Assembly (NCBI GenBank): GCA_030649055.1
Contig: JAUSGH010000019.1
Coordinates: forward strand, 1,454 to 65,453
Length of the DNA stretch: 64,000 bases
Direction of reading: 5' to 3'
DNA from: a bacterium
Lineage (GTDB): Bacteria; Patescibacteriota; Minisyncoccia; UBA6257; JAUSGH01
Below, one piece after another: positions 19,704-28,213 of this stretch (its first letter is position 1; each line of letters starts with the position of its first letter). The position numbers were made by a program, and so were the translations under genes. Under the pieces are notes generated by a model that was given only the letters and a program-made list of their open reading frames with translations, was not told the origin of the DNA and ran no database searches.

Positions 19704-20195
19704 TTATTGCGGTATTTCGGGCGCGCCGAAAAGCTCGTTCGCCGCTTTTTGGAATACATCCATGAACTGTTTTTTTCCGGTCGCGGAGATTTTTTTGAGC
19801 ACGAACGTTTCCGCCTTTGGGTGGCGCGCGCCTTCTGTCTTCGGTCGGATGCCGACACGTAGACGCGTGAAGTCTGTTGACCCCGTGGCGTCAAAAACGC
19901 TTTGTACGCCTTTGTGTCCGGCGGCGCCACGAGCGGTAGAAATTTTATATTCGCCGATATATATGTCGGATTCGTCGTGAACGATGAGTGTGTGTTCGGG
20001 CGAGGCAAAAGTTTTTTTCATCATAGCGCCGACGGATGCGCCGGATTCGTTCATATAGCCCGCGGTCTTTTTCGCTGCCAGCGCGGGATAATGCTTCTCA
20101 AGGTAGTCAACAAAAAGATGTCCGACGTTGTGGTAGGTGTTGGCATACTGGGGATCGTTGTTTCCGAGGCCGATAATCAGTTTGAATGGCTTCAT
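19704..20195 (-). CDS. pth: peptidyl-tRNA hydrolase
   Basis: LIIGLGN, TYHNVG, YMNESG, VHDE, GHKG, RLRVGI; start moved to 20195. Confidence 0.93.
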   Translation of the reverse strand: MKPFKLIIGLGNNDPQYANTYHNVGHLFVDYLEKHYPALAAKKTAGYMNESGASVGAMMKKTFASPEHTLIVHDESDIYIGEYKISTARGAAGHKGVQSVFDATGSTDFTRLRVGIRPKTEGARHPKAETFVLKKISATGKKQFMDVFQKAANELFGAPEIPQ

Positions 20196-20260
20196 GTCCG
20201 ATGTCGGATGTCCGATGTCCGAGGTTGACCGTCCGTCACCCGTCACCCGACACTCGTCAT
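20194..20260. repeat. two heptamer tandem tracts (ATGTCCG; CGTCACC)
   Basis: atgtccg atgtcgg atgtccg atgtccg ... cgtcacc cgtcacc cgacact cgtca. Confidence 0.8.
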
Positions 20261-20298
20261 ATTTGCTTTAATGCTTTTATTCTAGTAGAATATGATGT

Positions 20299-20859
20299 AT
20301 GAAGCAATTCTTCCTGGCATCGCGCGAGATTTTGGAGGTTGTGCTCATTTCGCTCTTTACGGTATACATCATCCGCTCTTTTCTTGTGCAGCCGTTTTTG
20401 GTCTCCGGGGCTTCCATGGAGCCGAATTTTTCCGACGGTAATTATCTCCTGATCGATGAACTGACGTACCGTTTTCGTCAGCCGGCGCGCGGCGAGGTGA
20501 CGGTGTTCCGCTACCCCGGGGACGTCAAAACATTTTACATTAAGCGCATCGTCGGGTTGCCCGGTGAGCGCGTGGTGATTCAGGATGGCGTGGTGCGTGT
20601 ATACAACAGCGAGTATCCCGGAGGATTGTTGCTTTCCGAGGAGTACATCGCGCCGAGCGTCACTACCATCGGTGATGTGGACCGGACGCTTGATACCGAT
20701 GAGTACTTTGTGCTGGGTGATAACCGTTACTTCAGCTTTGACTCGCGCAACTGGGGCGTCCTTCCGAAGAGCGATATCATCGGCGTTGTGCGGTTGCGGT
20801 TGCTTCCGATTCGCGCCGCGCAGACGTTTACGGTGCCGAGTTATGAGGGGGGACAATAA
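20299..20859 (+). CDS. lepB: signal peptidase I
   Basis: GASMEP, YIKRIVGLPGE, GDNR..SFDSR. Confidence 0.95.
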   Translation: MKQFFLASREILEVVLISLFTVYIIRSFLVQPFLVSGASMEPNFSDGNYLLIDELTYRFRQPARGEVTVFRYPGDVKTFYIKRIVGLPGERVVIQDGVVRVYNSEYPGGLLLSEEYIAPSVTTIGDVDRTLDTDEYFVLGDNRYFSFDSRNWGVLPKSDIIGVVRLRLLPIRAAQTFTVPSYEGGQ

Positions 20860-20925
20860 GGCAACGAAGCAAAAGAGCAACGAAGCAAAAAAGTAAGAAA
20901 ACAATAAAGCAACGAAGCAAAAAAT
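20853..20925. repeat. octamer tandem repeats (AAGCAA-type)
   Basis: About nine degenerate AGCAA units between lepB and hisS. Confidence 0.75.
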
Positions 20926-22299
20926 ATGCCGCAAAAAGATAAAAAAGTATCAGAAAAAGGAAAGGTGAAAGCGCCGTTTCAGTCGCCGAAGGGTATGCAC
21001 GATATCTTGCCGTTGGAGGAGCCGTATTGGGAGAAGCTCCGCCGTGATTTGCGCGCGGTCGCGGAGGTGTACAATTTTCGCCGTATTGACACGACATTGT
21101 TGGAAACAACGGACCTTTTTGAGCGGTCGCTTGGCGCCACGAGCGACATTGTTGAAAAACAAATGTTTTCGTTCCGCACGAAAGGCGGAGATATGTTAGT
21201 CTTGCGCCCGGAAGGGACTGCTTCCGTAATGCGCGCGTACATCCAGCACGGGATGAGCCACATGGGGACTCCGCTGAAGCTTTATTACATCGGCCCGATG
21301 TTCCGCTATGAACAGCCGCAGGCCGGACGGTTGCGCCAGTTGCATCAGGCGGGGTTTGAAATTCTTGGCGGCGATGAAGACGCGGTCTACGACGCGCAGA
21401 TCATGCTTGCGTGTTACCGTTTTATTGAGTCGACGAAGGTGAAGCAGCTCATGGTGCACATCAATTCCATCGGCTGCAAAAATTGCCGCCCGAATTACCG
21501 TAAAAAACTCACCGACTACTATACCGGACGCGGTGGAAATACTAATAAGGAAAAATTGATTTGTAAGGACTGTCGCCGTCGGCTGGAAACAAACCCGTTG
21601 CGTTTGTTGGATTGCAAAGTGTCCGGGTGCATTGAGCTCAAAAAGGACGCCCCCGTTATGCTGGATCAGCTCTGCAGTTTTTGCAAAAACCATTTCAAGA
21701 ACGTTTTGGAATATGTGGAAGAGCTGAAGATTCCGTATACGCTGGATCACGCTCTTGTCCGCGGTTTGGATTACTATAACCGCACCGTGTTTGAAATCTT
21801 TACAGAAGGTGAGGCGCCGGCTGATCCGAAAGCCGAAGGGGCTCTGAAGGGCGTGCCGCGAAAATTTGACTTTGCCTTGGCGGGCGGCGGACGGTTTGAT
21901 TATCTTGCCGAAATGATCGGCGGCAGGCCTACGTCCGCGGTTGGTGGCGCGGTGGGACTTGACCGCCTCATTGAAGTCATGAAGGCATTTGGCACGGCTC
22001 CGCTCCGTACGATAGAAAAAGTATTTTTGATTCACATCGGCGACCTCGCGAAGAAAAAAAGTTTGGCGATTATTGAACTGCTTCACCATGAGGGCATCAC
22101 CACCGCCGAAACATTGGGCAAGGAATCGTTGAAGGCCCAGCTCCGTTCCGCGGACAAAGGCGGCGCTCCGATGGCACTTATCTTCGGACAGAAAGAAGCG
22201 TTGGAGGGATCCATTATCATCAGAGATCTCCGCACCGGCGCGCAAGAAACCGTGCCGCTTCATAAAATGGCGGGGGAAGTGAAGCGCCGGTTGAAATAG
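20926..22299 (+). CDS. hisS: histidine--tRNA ligase
   Basis: PKGMHD, LRPEGTA, FRYEQPQAGR, LVRGLDYY, GGGRFD. Confidence 0.97.
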   Translation: MPQKDKKVSEKGKVKAPFQSPKGMHDILPLEEPYWEKLRRDLRAVAEVYNFRRIDTTLLETTDLFERSLGATSDIVEKQMFSFRTKGGDMLVLRPEGTASVMRAYIQHGMSHMGTPLKLYYIGPMFRYEQPQAGRLRQLHQAGFEILGGDEDAVYDAQIMLACYRFIESTKVKQLMVHINSIGCKNCRPNYRKKLTDYYTGRGGNTNKEKLICKDCRRRLETNPLRLLDCKVSGCIELKKDAPVMLDQLCSFCKNHFKNVLEYVEELKIPYTLDHALVRGLDYYNRTVFEIFTEGEAPADPKAEGALKGVPRKFDFALAGGGRFDYLAEMIGGRPTSAVGGAVGLDRLIEVMKAFGTAPLRTIEKVFLIHIGDLAKKKSLAIIELLHHEGITTAETLGKESLKAQLRSADKGGAPMALIFGQKEALEGSIIIRDLRTGAQETVPLHKMAGEVKRRLK

Positions 22300-22332
22300 G
22301 ACGTATACGTCCTGTAGGACCTATTGGTCGTA
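22297..22332. repeat. nonamer repeats (TAGGACCTA-type)
   Basis: taggacgta tacgtcctg taggaccta ttggtcgta. Confidence 0.7.
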
Positions 22333-22333
22333 T

Positions 22334-22741
22334 ATGAACTGTCTCTTCTGCAACATCGCAACCAAAGAAATTTCCGCGCGCATTGTTTATGAAGACGATG
22401 CAACGCTCGCGTTTCTGGACATTCATCCGCGGACGATGGGGCACACGGTCATCATTCCCAAAACGCATACCGAAAATATCGTGATGGCACCGGAGGCGCT
22501 CATCACCCCGACCTTTTTGACAGTGAAGAAGATAACTGTTATGCTTCAACACACGTTGAGCCCCAAAGGATTCACTATCGGCATCAATCACGGGCGGATC
22601 AGCGGGCAGGCGGTGGATCACTTGCACGTGCATGTTATCCCGCGCTACGAGGGGGACGGCGGCGGTTCAATCCATAGCGTCGTCAACTACTCTTCACTAT
22701 TATCATTAGACGAGGTCGCAGCAAAAATTAAGCAGAATTAA
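22334..22741 (+). CDS. HIT-family hydrolase
   Basis: CLFC, HLHVHVIPR. Confidence 0.93.
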   Translation: MNCLFCNIATKEISARIVYEDDATLAFLDIHPRTMGHTVIIPKTHTENIVMAPEALITPTFLTVKKITVMLQHTLSPKGFTIGINHGRISGQAVDHLHVHVIPRYEGDGGGSIHSVVNYSSLLSLDEVAAKIKQN

Positions 22742-22748
22742 TAATACT

Positions 22749-22973
22749 ATGTCTGTCGAAGTACGTAAAAAAGAAGGGGAGTCCGCGAGCAGCTTGCTCT
22801 ACCGCTTTACAAAAAAAGTGCAGCAGAGTGGCGTATTAAAAGAAGCAAAGAAGCGTCGATTCCATAAGCGCGCTCAGAGCGGTTTGAAGCGCAAGCTTTC
22901 CGCCCTGCACCGCGTAGGAAAGAAAGTGGAGATGGATCGGATGCGGAAATTGGGATTGACCCCCGAGAGATAG
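22749..22973 (+). CDS. rpsU: 30S ribosomal protein S21
   Basis: VRKKEGES...RFTKKVQQSGVLKEAKKRRF; upstream of yqeY. Confidence 0.85.
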   Translation: MSVEVRKKEGESASSLLYRFTKKVQQSGVLKEAKKRRFHKRAQSGLKRKLSALHRVGKKVEMDRMRKLGLTPER

Positions 22974-22978
22974 AGAGG

Positions 22979-23055
22979 TAGCTTCCTTAGCTTTTAGCTT
23001 CATTAGAAGGGAGGTTGTACGGTCTAATGAAGCTAACGAAGCTAACCCAGCTAAC
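22979..23055. repeat. inverted nonamer repeats (TTAGCTTC / GAAGCTAA)
   Basis: tagcttcct tagctt ttagcttca ttag ... ctaatgaag ctaacgaag ctaacccag ctaac. Confidence 0.8.
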
Positions 23056-23074
23056 CATCTAACGAAGCCATCGT

Positions 23075-23527
23075 ATGTTAAAAGAAAAAATCACCGCGGA
23101 TATTAAAGAGGCGATGAAATCCGGAGCCGCAGAGCGGCTTGGAGTTTTGCGCATGCTTTCATCCGCTATTGGCAATCGGAAGATTGAAAAGCGCGCGAAG
23201 ACCGGCAAAGACGAAGATTTGACCGATGATGAGGTTATGGAAGTCATCGGCAAAGAAGCAAAAAAACGCAAAGAATCCATCGCGGTGTTTGTTTCCGGCG
23301 GACGGAGCGACCTCGCGGCGCAGGAGGAAAAAGAGCTCGTTATTCTTGGCGCATATCTTCCCGCGCAGATGAGCGAAGCGGATACCGTGGCGGCGGTTAC
23401 CCGCATTGTTGATGCCGCGCCGGTTAAGGAATTAGGTCCGGTCATGAAGGCGGTGATGGCGGAGCTCAAGGGAAAAGCGGACTCCTCGCTTGTTTCACGT
23501 CTTGTAAAAGAGCGGCTTGGAGCGTAA
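23075..23527 (+). CDS. yqeY: GatB/YqeY domain protein
   Basis: DIKEAMKS, KKRKESI, YLPAQMS, KGKAD. Confidence 0.93.
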   Translation: MLKEKITADIKEAMKSGAAERLGVLRMLSSAIGNRKIEKRAKTGKDEDLTDDEVMEVIGKEAKKRKESIAVFVSGGRSDLAAQEEKELVILGAYLPAQMSEADTVAAVTRIVDAAPVKELGPVMKAVMAELKGKADSSLVSRLVKERLGA

Positions 23528-23532
23528 TACGT

Positions 23533-23919
23533 ATGCTGCAGATCATACTCACTGCAGAAAAAAAATTTGGACGCTATGCATCGCGCGCTCGCGCGATGTT
23601 GCGTTTCTTGGGGCGGCTCGTAAAGGAAAAAGCCGCGGTAGAGGTGCATCTTGTGGGGAACGCGGTGATGAACAAAAATGTGTTGTCTTATGTTTCACCG
23701 CGGAAATTTTTTCGTCCGGATATTTCCGGCAAGGCGCTTGGAGAGATTTATTTGAACCCGACCTACATTGCCGCGCACGGCGAAGATGTTGATCTTATGC
23801 TTGTGCACGGCTTTTTGCATTTGCTGGGGTATGACCACAAACGGAAAAGTGATAGAATAAAGATGGAAAAGAAAGAAGACGCGTTGTTGAAGCAATTTTA
23901 CCGGAGCAAAAGTTCGTAG
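23533..23919 (+). CDS. ybeY: rRNA maturation endoribonuclease YbeY
   Basis: NVLSY, LGEIYL, HGFLHLLGYDH. Confidence 0.9.
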   Translation: MLQIILTAEKKFGRYASRARAMLRFLGRLVKEKAAVEVHLVGNAVMNKNVLSYVSPRKFFRPDISGKALGEIYLNPTYIAAHGEDVDLMLVHGFLHLLGYDHKRKSDRIKMEKKEDALLKQFYRSKSS

Positions 23920-23927
23920 AAATTTTT

Positions 23928-25160
23928 ATGAAATCGCGATTCATCGTCGGGTTGGACATCGGATCGCTCGCCATCAAAGCTGCCGTGCTCGAACAAAAGA
24001 GCGACGGTAGCTTAGTGTTGCAATACGCGACTAAAGCTCCGGTGGAAGGTATGCGCAAAGGAATGGTGGATGACTTGGGCGCGGTGACGCGGTCGGTCAA
24101 CGTCGTCTTGGCGGATATTCGGCAAATCCACAAAAACGCGGCAAAACATATTTACCTCAGCATCGGCACGCCGAACGTCCGCGTGCAGATATCTAAGGGA
24201 ATCGTCGCTGTTTCCCGCGCGGATTTTGAAATTTTTAATGATGACATCGGGCACGCGATTGAAGCGGCGGAGTCCGTGAAGCTTCCGGCGAACCGGATGG
24301 TGATTCACACTATCACCGATGAGTTTGTGGTGGATGATGTCGCGGATATCAAGGACCCGTTGGGCATGATCGGGCATCGGCTGGAAGCAAAAAGTATGAT
24401 TATCGACGCGTTCGCTCCGGCGGTGAAAAATATCACGCGCGCGGTGGAGGTCGCGGGTGGTGGCATCGCGGGTCTTATTTTTGGACCTATCGCCGGCGCG
24501 CGGTCGGTGTTCAGTAAAAATCAGCGGGAGCTCGGCACGGTACTTCTTGACATCGGATTCAGCACCACGGGCATCGCGCTGTATCAGGAGCACAAACTGC
24601 TACATACGAATATTTTTCCGTATGGCTCTGGCCATATTACCAATGACCTGACGCACGGACTTAAAATTTCCGTGGAAGCCGCGGAGGGAGTGAAGCTTGC
24701 CTATGGCGCCGCGTTTGCGAAAGATGTGTCCGTTCGCGAGACTGTGGATATCTCTAAATTTGAGCCGCACGCGCGGGGGAGCATCACTCGGCGATTCATC
24801 GCGGACATCGTGGAAGCCCGGCTTGCAGAAATTTTGGAGTTCGTCAATAATGACCTTAAGGCGGTGAATAAGTCCGGTCAGCTTCCCGGGGGCGTGGTGC
24901 TTGTGGGTGGCGGGGCAAAAACTCCGGGACTTGTTGACCTTGTCCGACAAGAGTTGCGTTTGCCCACTCGGGTTGGCATTCCGGATCTTTCTATGTTCCA
25001 GATTCCCTCTGCGGAGCTTGCCGCCACGGTGGAAGACCCTGAATACGCGTGTGCCCTGGGATTAGTGCTCTGGGGTGTGGATAAGTCCGGCGAAGGAGTG
25101 CGCGTAAAGGGAGATGCTTTCGGCTGGTTGAAAAAACTGGTGAGTTACATCGTGCCTTGA
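23928..25160 (+). CDS. ftsA: cell division protein FtsA
   Basis: GLDIGS, LDIG, GHITND, GVVLVGGGA; upstream of ftsZ. Confidence 0.95.
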   Translation: MKSRFIVGLDIGSLAIKAAVLEQKSDGSLVLQYATKAPVEGMRKGMVDDLGAVTRSVNVVLADIRQIHKNAAKHIYLSIGTPNVRVQISKGIVAVSRADFEIFNDDIGHAIEAAESVKLPANRMVIHTITDEFVVDDVADIKDPLGMIGHRLEAKSMIIDAFAPAVKNITRAVEVAGGGIAGLIFGPIAGARSVFSKNQRELGTVLLDIGFSTTGIALYQEHKLLHTNIFPYGSGHITNDLTHGLKISVEAAEGVKLAYGAAFAKDVSVRETVDISKFEPHARGSITRRFIADIVEARLAEILEFVNNDLKAVNKSGQLPGGVVLVGGGAKTPGLVDLVRQELRLPTRVGIPDLSMFQIPSAELAATVEDPEYACALGLVLWGVDKSGEGVRVKGDAFGWLKKLVSYIVP

Positions 25161-25431
25161 ACCCATCTCAAAAATCCCTCACAGTCGCGTTCGTAGCGAT
25201 TTCCTCGCATCCGCTAGGCGCGAGGAGGAGGTTGTAACCTCTGGGTTACGTCGACGACGAGCAACGCCGCGGGGTGAGGAAATCGCACGAACCCGAAGGG
25301 ATACGGCCAATTCCGGCGATTCCGGCGTCGCTCCTCCTCGGAGTATCAAGAGGATACACCTTCGGTCGTCGCTCCTAGGACTCGCCGGAATTGGCCAGTA
25401 TCGCGGCGGGAGAGATTTTCGAGATGGGTTC
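25159..25431. mobile_element. MITE-like non-coding element with 18-bp terminal inverted repeats
   Basis: GAACCCATCTCAAAAATC ... GATTTTCGAGATGGGTTC (17/18 match); two internal long hairpins. Confidence 0.75.
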
Positions 25432-25550
25432 TAAAGTAATCGCAAATAATGCGAATCAGGCTCTTTAATAATGCGAATGGGCGCATCGAAGCCATTTGCA
25501 TTATTTTTTGCAGGCGTTCATGATGAAAATAATAGGATGCATGAGATAAA

Positions 25551-25576
25551 TAGCCCCTGAGCTTGTCGAAGGGCTA
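25551..25576. repeat. REP-like hairpin with TGAGCTTGTCGAA core (also at 7624-7642, 17721-17740, 31533-31551)
   Basis: Conserved core with variable complementary flanks. Confidence 0.75.
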
Positions 25577-25584
25577 CGATATAT

Positions 25585-26817
25585 ATGAAGCAAAACGGAA
25601 GCAACAAAAAGTCAGCGGCAAAGAACAAGGTCATCCGGCCGAGTTATGCCGCGAATATTAAGGTGGTTGGCGTCGGTGGCGGCGGCTGCAGCGCGGTTTC
25701 GCGTATGCGCGACTCAATGGACTTTAAGGGCATTGATTTCATTGCCATCAACACCGATGTGCAGGATTTGGATTATTGCAATGCGAAAAAGCGCATCTAT
25801 ATCGGAAAAAATTTGACGAAAGGTTTGGGCACGGGTATGAATCCGGAGCTTGGTCGTCAGGCGGCGGAAGAAAACCGGTCGGAAATCGTGGAGTCGTTGA
25901 AAGGCGCGGATCTTGTGTTCATCACTACCGGCTTAGGCGGAGGCACTGGGTCAGGGGCCTCGCCAGTCATTGCCGAGGCGGCGCGCGAAGCCGGGGCGTT
26001 AACCGTTGCGGTGGTCACAAAACCGTTTTCTTTTGAAGGTGTACAGCGGGGACGTATTGCCGGTGAGGCACTCACGAAATTGAAAGAGAAGGTGGACACC
26101 TACATCGTTGTTCCAAACGATCGGATTTTCAGCATCATCAGCAAGGACACGCCGATAATGAAGGCGTTTGAAGTGATTGATAATGTGTTGAAGTCCGCTA
26201 TCTCCGGTATCGCGGAACTCATTGCGATGCACGGGCTCGTGAACGTGGACTTCGCGGACGTGAAAGCGACCATGCAGAATACCGGCGGGGCGGTGGTGAC
26301 CGTGGGCTATGCCGGCGGGGCGGAGCGCGCCACCAACGCGGTGAACGCGGCTATCAATTCGCCATTGCTTGAAACGTCTATCGAAGGCGCGCGGAGCGTG
26401 TTGTTCAGCGTTTCCGGCGGACGGGATTTGCGGATGAATGAAATCAACGACATCGCGAAGGTCATTGTCGGCGCGATTGATCAGAACGCCCGCATTATTT
26501 TTGGCGCGTATCACGACAAAAAGCTGAAAGTTGGTCAGCTGAAGGTGACACTCATCGCTACAAACTTCAACGGAGGCGGAGTGCAAAAAGGAGCGGAAAC
26601 TCCGGCAACCAGCTTGTTCGCGTCAACCGCGGCGGAAATAAAAACCGAGCGGGCCGGACTTGCCGGCGCGACGCTCGCGGCGACGAAAGACATGAAGGAC
26701 GCGGCGAACGATATGAAAAAAGAGGCGGATAAAAACGCCGCGGTAACGAAAAAGAAATCAAATGAGATTTGGGATATCCCGACGTTTTTGAGGAGGAATA
26801 AGAGAGGGGATGTGTAG
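25585..26817 (+). CDS. ftsZ: cell division protein FtsZ
   Basis: VGVGGGG, GGGTGSG, VNVDFADV, C-terminal DIPTFLRR. Confidence 0.97.
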   Translation: MKQNGSNKKSAAKNKVIRPSYAANIKVVGVGGGGCSAVSRMRDSMDFKGIDFIAINTDVQDLDYCNAKKRIYIGKNLTKGLGTGMNPELGRQAAEENRSEIVESLKGADLVFITTGLGGGTGSGASPVIAEAAREAGALTVAVVTKPFSFEGVQRGRIAGEALTKLKEKVDTYIVVPNDRIFSIISKDTPIMKAFEVIDNVLKSAISGIAELIAMHGLVNVDFADVKATMQNTGGAVVTVGYAGGAERATNAVNAAINSPLLETSIEGARSVLFSVSGGRDLRMNEINDIAKVIVGAIDQNARIIFGAYHDKKLKVGQLKVTLIATNFNGGGVQKGAETPATSLFASTAAEIKTERAGLAGATLAATKDMKDAANDMKKEADKNAAVTKKKSNEIWDIPTFLRRNKRGDV

Positions 26818-26828
26818 GGTTTAATTTT

Positions 26829-26856
26829 GTCATTCCCGCCCTGATCGGGAATCCAG
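26829..26856. repeat. REP-like palindrome GTCATTCCCG...CGGGAATCCAG
   Basis: ATTCCC-N9-GGGAT-type inverted arms (ATTCCC...GGGAAT) just after the ftsZ stop. Confidence 0.6.
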
Positions 26857-27234
26857 CAATTCTCCCTTTCATACTGTGTGCCGCCGTAGTTTTAACGAAG
26901 GAGCAAAGGGAGTGGCTGATAAGCCGGTGAATTTTAAATAGTAAATCCAAAAAGGTGCCCGCGGGCCCGAGGGGATTTAATATTTGTTTTCACCGTGCCC
27001 CCCGTCTCCGGACACCCGTCACCCGACCCGCCCTTTTTGACTCCGCGCGGTTTTCGGCGGTAGAATGGAGAAATTAAGATGAAGCAAAAAGAAAACAATT
27101 GCGATCGAAAGCGATCCCAAGAGAAAAGAACAAATGGTGGCGCCGGCAACGCGGTTGCTGAAATAAAACCAAGACCATTGATTCTTCTCGCAATTTAATC
27201 AAAGGCAGAATCGCGGGGGCGTAGCCCGTCTTAA

Positions 27235-27984
27235 ATGATCAGGATGACCTATCCAAGGAAATTGTATTTAATAGCCCAAATTAAACTTTGGGGTATTCTT
27301 TTCGCAATGGTGGTTTTTTTGTATCTTGATCTCCGCTATTTTTTTAGCAACACAAGTTTTACCCTCAAAACCGTTGAACTACTTCTGGCTACGTTCATCG
27401 GTTATATTTTTTACCCAATACACTCGGCTTTTCAAAAAAGAGTTGACGAAATTCAAGAAAAAATCTTAATCGAAGCAGGTTCCGCAAAGTTGGGATTCAA
27501 GGGGGAAGACAAGGTTGCTGAATGGCTTGAAGAGTCGTTACCGACAGACAAGTATTCAATTTTACGAAACGTTACTTTACCCGAACATAAGTTTGACATT
27601 GATTTTGTTATCATCGGACCTCAAGGAGTCATTGTGTTGGAGGTCAAAAACTTTAGCGATCAGAGAACTTTTATTGAGGATGAATACTATCAGGTTAAAG
27701 ATGGACAGAGATACGTCTTGTCCGTCGATTTCGATCCTAGATTTCAGGTACAATTGCATGTTTATTATCTCAGAAAGTATTTGGAGGATAACGGGCTTCG
27801 CGACGTCAGAATTTTAAAAGCTATTGTTTTTCCTAAAAGCGACGCGGCAAATGTTATTGGAAGCGTTGGCGTCTATATCGCAAGCGGACTTGATGCGTTA
27901 AAGAGGTTTTTTGATGGTGCAACTTTTGACCCTAGATATACGTCGGAACTTCGATCAAGAATCAAAGCAGTTTTATCGAAATAA
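27235..27984 (+). CDS. membrane-anchored NERD-domain nuclease-like protein
   Basis: Two N-terminal TMs; GFKGE..V, DIDFVIIGPQGVIVLEVKN, Q motif; AT-rich. Confidence 0.85.
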   Translation: MIRMTYPRKLYLIAQIKLWGILFAMVVFLYLDLRYFFSNTSFTLKTVELLLATFIGYIFYPIHSAFQKRVDEIQEKILIEAGSAKLGFKGEDKVAEWLEESLPTDKYSILRNVTLPEHKFDIDFVIIGPQGVIVLEVKNFSDQRTFIEDEYYQVKDGQRYVLSVDFDPRFQVQLHVYYLRKYLEDNGLRDVRILKAIVFPKSDAANVIGSVGVYIASGLDALKRFFDGATFDPRYTSELRSRIKAVLSK

Positions 27985-28213
27985 GTTATACCCCTTATTC
28001 ACGCGCCTGCCCGCCGAAAGAGGGAATGGGTGAACGATATTTTTCCGCTTGCGTTTTTTTGAGAAAGTTTCGCGGAAATTTTATGCACACTCGCCGTGAA
28101 GAGCCGAGTGCTATACTAAAAGTAAGGAGAAATAAATTATTAATTAATTTAATCGAGACGAACTTCGAGGCTTCAGCGATGAAGTCTTGAATCATCTCTA
28201 GGGGCCAAAATAT

